Virus record (IMG/VR): IMGVR_UViG_3300042549_005307
Span: 1 to 55,321 of that record
Length of the DNA: 55,321 nucleotides
From: a virus
Lineage: Duplodnaviria > Caudoviricetes
Strand: one strand, 5' to 3'
Shown here: positions 49,380-55,321 of the stretch, piece after piece
Layout: the number at the start of each line of letters is the position of its first letter
Position numbering within the stretch: position 1 is the first letter of the stretch
Notes under the pieces: model-generated
What the model saw: the letters and a program-made list of their open reading frames with translations, nothing else
What the model was told of the DNA's origin: nothing
Database searches by the model: none
Position numbers and translations under genes: made by a program

Positions 49380-49676
49380 ATGAAAAGTAAACTTACAATA
49401 GCAGGTATAGAATCTTTAAGTGCAAAATCGTTTGATGTTGGATTATCAATAACTTATGTGTTATTTGATGAGTTTTCATATAGAATTGGTTTTAAATATG
49501 ATGGTAATAAAGGTTCAATGATTATACAAAGAATATCAAACAATACATTATATGCAATTGATTGGAAATACGCAAATAAGCAAGATTACTTTGTATTATT
49601 AGAAAACCACATAAACACAAAAAGTAAATTAGTAGATACTATTTTATCAGGTATAGATTTAACATTAAACTCTTAA
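49380..49676 (+). CDS. Hypothetical protein, divergent member of the LxIxNxxKL family
   Basis: KLTIAGIESL..IIQRI..HINTKSKLVDTI. Confidence 0.55.
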   Translation: MKSKLTIAGIESLSAKSFDVGLSITYVLFDEFSYRIGFKYDGNKGSMIIQRISNNTLYAIDWKYANKQDYFVLLENHINTKSKLVDTILSGIDLTLNS

Positions 49677-49677
49677 A

Positions 49678-50184
49678 ATGAATTACAAAGAAAAAATTAC
49701 AGATGTGCCAAATTGGCCAGTTGATGGTGTTATGTTTCGTGATATTACACCTCTATTAGCAGATTGGGAAACTCTTATGATGGCAATGGATGATTTATCT
49801 ATTATCGTAGATTCTATACCTGCAAACTTTATTGCTGGAATTGAAAGTAGGGGTTTTATATTTGGTGCAGGTATTGCCTCATTAAACAATATGGGATTCG
49901 TTCCTGTTCGTAAAGCTGGAAAACTACCACCACCCGTTGTTGGTATTGATTCCACAAAAGAGTATGGACACGAATATTTGGAAGTAAAGGAAGGTAGTGG
50001 TGATATTGTGATTGTTGATGATGTATTGGCAACTGGTGGAACTTTAATAGCAACCGAACAATTACTTACAGAGGCAGGATATAATGTGTTAGGAGCAATT
50101 GTTTTGATTGACTTAACTTATTTGCACGATGAAATTCTTATTGGTGGAAAGCCAGTTCAATCTTTAATTACATACAATGAGTAA
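49678..50184 (+). CDS. apt: Adenine phosphoribosyltransferase
   Basis: PNWP..GVMFRDITPLL, GIESRGFIFG, VRKAGKLP, EYG, IVDDVLATGGT. Confidence 0.93.
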   Translation: MNYKEKITDVPNWPVDGVMFRDITPLLADWETLMMAMDDLSIIVDSIPANFIAGIESRGFIFGAGIASLNNMGFVPVRKAGKLPPPVVGIDSTKEYGHEYLEVKEGSGDIVIVDDVLATGGTLIATEQLLTEAGYNVLGAIVLIDLTYLHDEILIGGKPVQSLITYNE

Positions 50185-50725
50185 GCATATTATATTATTT
50201 GTGGCATTAGAAAGTGAACTACCAAAGGAATTAGTTCCACCAAATGTAAGTATATATTATACAGGAGTAGGTAAAGTAAATGCTGCAATCAAAGCAACGG
50301 AGGTTTTATCAGGTTTGTTGCCTAATTTTAATGCAATTGTACTAAACTATGGTTCGGCAGGTTCAAATACAATTCCAAAGGGAACATTAGTAGATTGTAA
50401 ACATTTCATTCAAAACGATATGAATACGCCATTTGCACCAAATCACGGGACACCATTTGATGAGTTAATATATCCAGAATTAAAAGAACCTATATTAGAT
50501 TTTGGTAGTGGGTATGTGTGTAGAACACAAGATAAGTTTGAAGATAATCCAGTTGGTATATTTGATATGGAAGCTTATTCAATTGCCAAAGTGTGTAAGA
50601 TGTATGGATTTGATTTTACCGCCTATAAATACATTAGTGATGCAGGTGATTCAACAGATTGGGAAGAGAATCACAGAAAAGGAACATATTTATTTTTAAA
50701 ACAATTAAATTATTTATTATTATGA
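50177..50725 (+). CDS. MTA/SAH nucleosidase-like protein (PNP_UDP family)
   Basis: ALESE, GVGKVNAA, NYGSAG, DMEA, KYISD. Confidence 0.85.
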   Translation: MSKHIILFVALESELPKELVPPNVSIYYTGVGKVNAAIKATEVLSGLLPNFNAIVLNYGSAGSNTIPKGTLVDCKHFIQNDMNTPFAPNHGTPFDELIYPELKEPILDFGSGYVCRTQDKFEDNPVGIFDMEAYSIAKVCKMYGFDFTAYKYISDAGDSTDWEENHRKGTYLFLKQLNYLLL

Positions 50726-51366
50726 TAAAAAAAATTAAAGTTGATAAAGAATATAGTGATATATTGCAAGAATTATTATTACATAATTCTTATTTTTCCT
50801 GGTATTATAATGAAAAAACCGTTTTGATACCTAATAATGCAGATGATACAACATATGGTATATTGTTAGATAAAAATGTAAAAGAAACACCACAACTTAC
50901 GCATACTTTTTGCAAACAAAATGGTGAAAAATCTGATAATTTTCATTATTTAATTGAATTATTGGATATTATAAAAGAAAATTTTGGTCCTATAAAAAAT
51001 ATATTAAGAATAAAATCAAATTTATTGTTAAAAAACGAATGTTATTCAAAAAATTCATACCATCCTCCACATATTGATTGGCGAGATGATTCTAATGATT
51101 ACAAAAAAATTATATCTGCATTATATTATGTAAATAATAGTGATGGAAATACTATTTTTTTTAACGAATATCTTACACCCAACTTTAATTTTGAAAATAC
51201 ACAATTAACAATTCAAAAAGAAATTACACCAGAATCTGGAAGTTTATTGGTTTTTAAATCTAATCAATTTCATACATCTAAACCACCAATATTAACTGAC
51301 AGGCGAGTTGTTATAAATTTTATTTTAGAAATGGAAAATGATATTGAAGATACACAACTTTCATAA
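50722..51366 (+). CDS. 2OG-Fe(II) oxygenase-like protein
   Basis: RIKSNL, PHID, YYVNNSDGNT, FHTS..P..RRVVINF; true ATG 50722. Confidence 0.85.
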   Translation: MIKKIKVDKEYSDILQELLLHNSYFSWYYNEKTVLIPNNADDTTYGILLDKNVKETPQLTHTFCKQNGEKSDNFHYLIELLDIIKENFGPIKNILRIKSNLLLKNECYSKNSYHPPHIDWRDDSNDYKKIISALYYVNNSDGNTIFFNEYLTPNFNFENTQLTIQKEITPESGSLLVFKSNQFHTSKPPILTDRRVVINFILEMENDIEDTQLS

Positions 51367-51676
51367 GTTAGAAACACCAAAACTAACAATTGGAATGTGG
51401 GATTTGAGGGAAACAACAAGTGATACCGATTTCTATGGTGCATACTTTTATCATAAAAATATAGTTACTAAATCCCAATGGCCATATCCTCACATTGAAG
51501 CAGTAATCAACCGATATAAAGTTGATGAGTTGGGTTATCAAATAGAAATAAAGCTGTGGGAAGAATGGGGTCAATGGGATAGTTTGTTTGAAGCATTTGT
51601 GGAAAAGGATGCTATAAGTAATAAAGATAAATTTTTAGATATAATTAGTGATAGTATTAAAGTAATTCAAATCTAA
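51338..51676 (+). CDS. Hypothetical protein, LxIxNxxKL family
   Basis: LKIHNFHKL..VINR..ISNKDKFL. Confidence 0.65.
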   Translation: MILKIHNFHKLETPKLTIGMWDLRETTSDTDFYGAYFYHKNIVTKSQWPYPHIEAVINRYKVDELGYQIEIKLWEEWGQWDSLFEAFVEKDAISNKDKFLDIISDSIKVIQI

Positions 51677-52032
51677 TGCTAACCATAAATAACTTTGAAA
51701 AGCTAGATGGATACCAAGATGATAAACTACGAATAAGTGGGGTGTTTGAATATACTGATGTATATAAAATATTTGTAGACTATGCTATCTCATTTGAAAA
51801 TATAAACATCTATATTACTATAAATAGAAATAAACGAACAGATGTAGACCTAAAGTTCCCACTTGATAAAACGCCAGTATATAATACAATGATTGAACAA
51901 AGACTCGTAAAGGGTGTAAATGGTGGTGTTAAACGAAAGGATTTGGGTATAAAAAAGAAAGCATTAGAGAGTAGTGATAATATAATAAAAGCAATAAAGG
52001 AGATGCTAGATGATTTTGTAAATGAACGATGA
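51676..52032 (+). CDS. Hypothetical protein, LxIxNxxKL family
   Basis: MLTINNFEKL..ITINR..LESSDNII. Confidence 0.65.
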   Translation: MLTINNFEKLDGYQDDKLRISGVFEYTDVYKIFVDYAISFENINIYITINRNKRTDVDLKFPLDKTPVYNTMIEQRLVKGVNGGVKRKDLGIKKKALESSDNIIKAIKEMLDDFVNER

Positions 52033-52643
52033 AAAAGTTACTGATATTTTTACCTATATTACTATTGGCGTGTATCAAAGAGCCAGAATATATAGTACCA
52101 GCCCCACCCCCATATAATTTTACATTCCAATTAGATTCTGCTTTAAATGGTAGTGGTACTCGTGCTTTGGTTAAAGATAATGCAGGGTATTATCATATAA
52201 AATTATCTGAATATACATTTCAGACGTTTAGCCGTATCACCGGAAAATTTTTGTGGAATGGTAAACCAAATCCTAGACCATCACCCGTTGAATGCTGGAT
52301 AGAGTGGAAGAGTTCACACTATTGGGTCTTAAATAATAAAACAAATCTATTTATAGTATATAAAACCTATTTCAATGAATTTACTGGAAAGCTAACAACA
52401 TCGGAGTTGGGTACATTCAAATCACAGTCAAACCAACTAATACCAACCGTCAATGGTTCATCTTACCCATCATCAACCGATGGCAGTATAAATACGGTAT
52501 TTGCTCCAATATACTATATGATAGGAGATACTATAACAATAACTGCAATAGCACATATTCGTAAGGAAATACCAACATCCAAATTATTTGTGATAAGTGT
52601 GAAGGATTCATTAGAAAGAAAAGTAAGATTTATTTGTGAATAA
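52029..52643 (+). CDS. Lipoprotein
   Basis: Lipobox LLA-C, Pro-rich linker, beta-rich domain. Confidence 0.7.
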   Translation: MKKLLIFLPILLLACIKEPEYIVPAPPPYNFTFQLDSALNGSGTRALVKDNAGYYHIKLSEYTFQTFSRITGKFLWNGKPNPRPSPVECWIEWKSSHYWVLNNKTNLFIVYKTYFNEFTGKLTTSELGTFKSQSNQLIPTVNGSSYPSSTDGSINTVFAPIYYMIGDTITITAIAHIRKEIPTSKLFVISVKDSLERKVRFICE

Positions 52644-52684
52644 TAAAAAAATTTAGTATATTTGTGTAATAAAAAAATTAAATT

Positions 52685-53318
52685 ATGGAAGTTAAATACG
52701 CAACGATTGCAACCAAAGACCAGGAAGATGGTAGAGTATTAGTAAAACACATTTGTGTTTGGCAAGATGAACCGTCGGAGGATGATGTTAAAAATTTAGT
52801 TAAAGAACTTTGGGAAAGGCCAGAATGGGCTATGGTTGAGGATGATGATTATGATTTGGTTAATTTAGAAAGAACCGAAGAGAACGAACACATCTTTGAG
52901 CAACTGAATATACCAAAACAAATTACAGAACAAACGGAAGAAACAGAGGTAGTTGCTAAACCAAAGAAGAAGGCAACTCCAAAGAAGAAACCAAAAAAGT
53001 AAGCAGATTATGTCAATTAATTTTGAAGATATAAATAAAAGATTAGATGATTTTTTAGAGAAAAATACATCAAAGAAAGAACGTACTTTTAGGCAGTTTG
53101 AACCAATCGGCGATGATGATTATGTAGTAGAGTTTCCAAAAGGTCCTACCACCACCTACTATACTGTAAAAAAGGATACATACAACAAACTGAAAGCTGA
53201 TACTATAAAGGAGCTGAATACAATAGATGACAAAAACGAACTGCGGGCAGTTGAGTTGAGGACAGTGCTTGTGATGTTAGAATGGATACACACCGAACCA
53301 AATGAAAAAGAAATATAG
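52685..53318 (+). other. Two hypothetical genes (52685-53002, 53010-53318)
   Basis: Behind a promoter at 52657; second start corrected. Confidence 0.65.
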
Positions 53319-53643
53319 TTTGTTTATAGGTAGGTGGCAAGTTTGGCACGAAGGTCACCAATGGTTAATACACCAACAATTCCAAAAGGGTAAGAATGTG
53401 TGGATAGCCATACGGGATGTGGACAGAGATAAAGATAATCCTTATTCAGCTAAAGAGATATTAGATAATCTAACAAATGAGTTGAGAGCGTATTTAGCAA
53501 CTGGTAGGTTATTGATTTCAATTATACCTGATATTGAATCTATAAATTATGGCAGGGGTGTAGGTTATGATGTAATATACCACGAACCACCGGAGGATAT
53601 AGCAAACATTAGTGGAACTAAAATTAGAAATGGTCAATTATAA
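53302..53643 (+). CDS. Cytidylyltransferase-like (HxGH) nucleotidyltransferase
   Basis: FIGRWQVWHEGH, NPY, YGRGVGY, ISGTKIR. Confidence 0.85.
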   Translation: MKKKYSLFIGRWQVWHEGHQWLIHQQFQKGKNVWIAIRDVDRDKDNPYSAKEILDNLTNELRAYLATGRLLISIIPDIESINYGRGVGYDVIYHEPPEDIANISGTKIRNGQL

Positions 53644-53845
53644 AAGACATATACTAAAATCAATTAGCTATCGTATTTTAGGTACGTTTATAACAATTTT
53701 ATTGGCTATTTGGGCTGGATTGCCTATAAAATGGGCTGGAATTGTAGGTGTTGGGGAATTGATAATAAAACCCATAGTATATTTCTTACACGAAAGATTT
53801 TGGTATAAGTGGATTAACTATGGTATAACTAATAAAATGAAATAA
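53630..53845 (+). CDS. DUF2061 membrane protein
   Basis: RHILKSISYRILGT...YFLHERFW. Confidence 0.8.
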   Translation: MVNYKRHILKSISYRILGTFITILLAIWAGLPIKWAGIVGVGELIIKPIVYFLHERFWYKWINYGITNKMK

Positions 53846-53856
53846 TAGAGTTAATT

Positions 53857-54387
53857 ATGAATGAGACAACAATAGATAAATTCAATCAGTTCTATGAGAA
53901 TGGTGGTTATGATGCCTATATGAAAATGATTCAGAAATCAAAGACCAACAACATAGATAAGCAAAGTGAAATGACAAAGTATCTGGCTGAAATCTATATG
54001 GATTTTGTAAGAGCAGAAGGTAAGGTGAATGTTAGTATGATGCGAGTTTTCATCGCCATCACCGCACAATTTTTCGGAGAGATATAAAACAATAAGAATA
54101 TGAAGAGTAAAAATGATGTATTAGCAGCCCTATACACTATGGGTATTATTGGGTTCATTACCCTAATCATTACATTCAAAATACTAGTCCTATGGCTATT
54201 GGTAGGTATTGCAGGGTTTGGTTGTATTAACATTACCATTCTTTTATGGGATACCATTAGGTATGGGTTGGATGCAAAGGATAAGAAGAAGAGAGAGGAG
54301 AGATTGAAAGAAATGATGGAGGATGACCAAAAGTTGGGGTTATATGATTTTGATATGGATGAAAACGATAAAGCTCAAATAGGATAG
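53857..54387 (+). other. Two hypothetical genes, the second with two TM helices
   Basis: ORFs 53857-54087 and 54100-54387. Confidence 0.6.
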
Positions 54388-54388
54388 A

Positions 54389-55012
54389 ATGGGGCAATTA
54401 ATGGATGGGTGGAAAAAATGGGAGGAGTTGCAAATGAAGAGCGATATGATGATGGCTAATATCAACATGCAACGAGAAATATTAGAGATACACAAAGAAA
54501 TGTGGGATAAGCATAATAATAAAAATCAGATGGAAGAGAAGCAAACGAAGTTAAACATCCAAAACATCCAAAAGCTGGAAAATCAACGATTGGTAGATAC
54601 TTCATACTATCCTATTATAGATACCATAGAAGAGAAGGATTATGAGTATGTATTCAATATATTACTAAATGATGGATTGGGTATTACGCAACTTAAAAAG
54701 ATTAAAATTAAGTTGCAAAGAAATAAGCAATTCACAAACGAGTATGGTGAGAATTATTATAGGGCGTATTATGGAGACACGGGTCAGCTTGATAGTATAA
54801 GTTCAAAGTGTATATCGAATCCACAATCTTTCAAAGCCAAATTGATGGAAATGATTGGTTTGGATGCAGTTGATTTTTCTAATATTACCAAACCTATAAA
54901 TGCATGGGGTGGTCCTACACACTCAATAGCTTATTTTACAGATACAAATTCGGTAAGTGGTGGTGATTCGGAAAAGCTACAAACATTGAGTGATTTCTTT
55001 AATAATATATAA
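54389..55012 (+). CDS. Hypothetical protein containing an LxIxNxxKL-family domain
   Basis: KLNIQNIQKL..IKLQR..ISNPQSF. Confidence 0.6.
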   Translation: MGQLMDGWKKWEELQMKSDMMMANINMQREILEIHKEMWDKHNNKNQMEEKQTKLNIQNIQKLENQRLVDTSYYPIIDTIEEKDYEYVFNILLNDGLGITQLKKIKIKLQRNKQFTNEYGENYYRAYYGDTGQLDSISSKCISNPQSFKAKLMEMIGLDAVDFSNITKPINAWGGPTHSIAYFTDTNSVSGGDSEKLQTLSDFFNNI

Positions 55013-55017
55013 ACAAC

Positions 55018-55082
55018 CGCAGGGGAAGGGGCGGGGGTAGGAAACGAAGTCGAACCCTAAATTTTTTGATAGTATAGAAACC
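55018..55082 (+). repeat. G-rich intergenic element, copy 2
   Basis: CGCAGGGGAAGGGGCGGGGGTAGG..GTCGAACCCTAAATTTTTTGATAGT. Confidence 0.8.
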
Positions 55083-55194
55083 GAAGTCAGAAGCGCTTTT
55101 AACTGTCCGTTTGAGTGTGATTTGGGTTTGGGGGATTTGGATTTGGTGAGTAAAACGAATGTGGGACAAACATAGTAAAAATAATTTAGTTAAG

Positions 55195-55321
55195 ATGCTA
55201 ACCATAAGAAACATAGATAAGATAGTAGGAAAGACACTACATATATCGAATACTAAAATGTATAGACTAGCAATAGGGAGAATAGATGATGTAATTGAGT
55301 ATTCAGATAATAGATATGAGT
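55195..55321 (+). CDS. 3'-truncated LxIxNxxKL-family protein
   Basis: MLTIRNIDKIVGK...; first 13 nt identical to gene 51676. Confidence 0.6.
   Translation, partial: MLTIRNIDKIVGKTLHISNTKMYRLAIGRIDDVIEYSDNRYE

Larger units (their letters stand above)
9472..52664 (+). promoter_or_regulatory. Dispersed Bacteroidota sigmaA-type promoters TT(T/A)G-N20-TAnnTTT(G/A)
   Basis: -7 boxes at 9496, 11317, 24814, 26191, 27927, 32681, 36931, 38162, 43357, 45362, 48917, 52657, each with TTTG or TTAG starting 24 nt upstream. Confidence 0.85.
1..55321 (+). mobile_element. Segment of a large lytic dsDNA bacteriophage genome, probable Bacteroidota host
   Basis: One-strand dense gene array with many short hypothetical ORFs; phage-typical thyA, dUTPase, ClpP, 2OG oxygenases, MoxR/vWA and GT cluster; Bacteroidota-type promoters and lipoproteins; no core cellular operons. 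Confidence 0.9.

Noticed and set aside
1236-54257. Many minus-strand ORFs in the track (e.g. 1236, 3536, 11505, 20003, 41025)
   Set aside because: They lie largely antisense to well-supported + strand genes and have no motifs or promoters
54999-55214. 71-aa minus-strand ORF over the G-rich element
   Set aside because: Its poly-Pro comes from the G-tract, and copy 1 has no equivalent ORF in the track
1-55321. Stop-codon reassignment as in some Bacteroidota phages
   Set aside because: Known genes are full length in code 11, and TAG and TGA end genes at expected positions

Overview
A 55 kb, AT-rich, gene-dense piece of what is almost certainly a large lytic dsDNA phage genome infecting a Bacteroidota host. 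Nearly all real genes are on the + strand, standard code 11 reads cleanly, leaders are A-rich with no Shine-Dalgarno sites, and at least 15 promoters fit the Bacteroidota TTTG-N20-TAnnTTTG spacing. No capsid, tail, terminase or polymerase genes are in the window. In order: a host-like TonB-dependent receptor plus lipoprotein behind a Pho-box-like repeat; an Ala/Pro/EAK-stalk envelope protein; small early genes behind repeated promoter cassettes; two restriction-endonuclease-fold proteins, one fused to a degenerate GHKL domain; a RecB/Cas4-like nuclease and five glycosyltransferases; a cluster (18-28 kb) of proteins with MIKLxDLxxE leaders and hydrophobic-x-Glu linkers that look like capsid-packaged, protease-processed cargo (DUF3008, ParB/Srx, RimK fused to a RimB-type protease, ART-like, HAD); a methyltransferase with NUMOD-like repeats between duplicated terminator-promoter cassettes; and thyA, six 2OG-Fe(II) oxygenases, a NucA-type nuclease, ClpP, a vWA/MoxR pair, a metallophosphoesterase, a glucosaminidase, dUTPase, APRT plus nucleosidase, an NTase plus DUF2061, and an unnamed paralog family. 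Notable non-coding elements are a second promoter-like motif (TAnTTAT), a possible 5' pseudoknot at 9518-9547, and a G-rich element repeated at 32.6 and 55.0 kb. All family calls come from reading motifs by eye; no searches were run.
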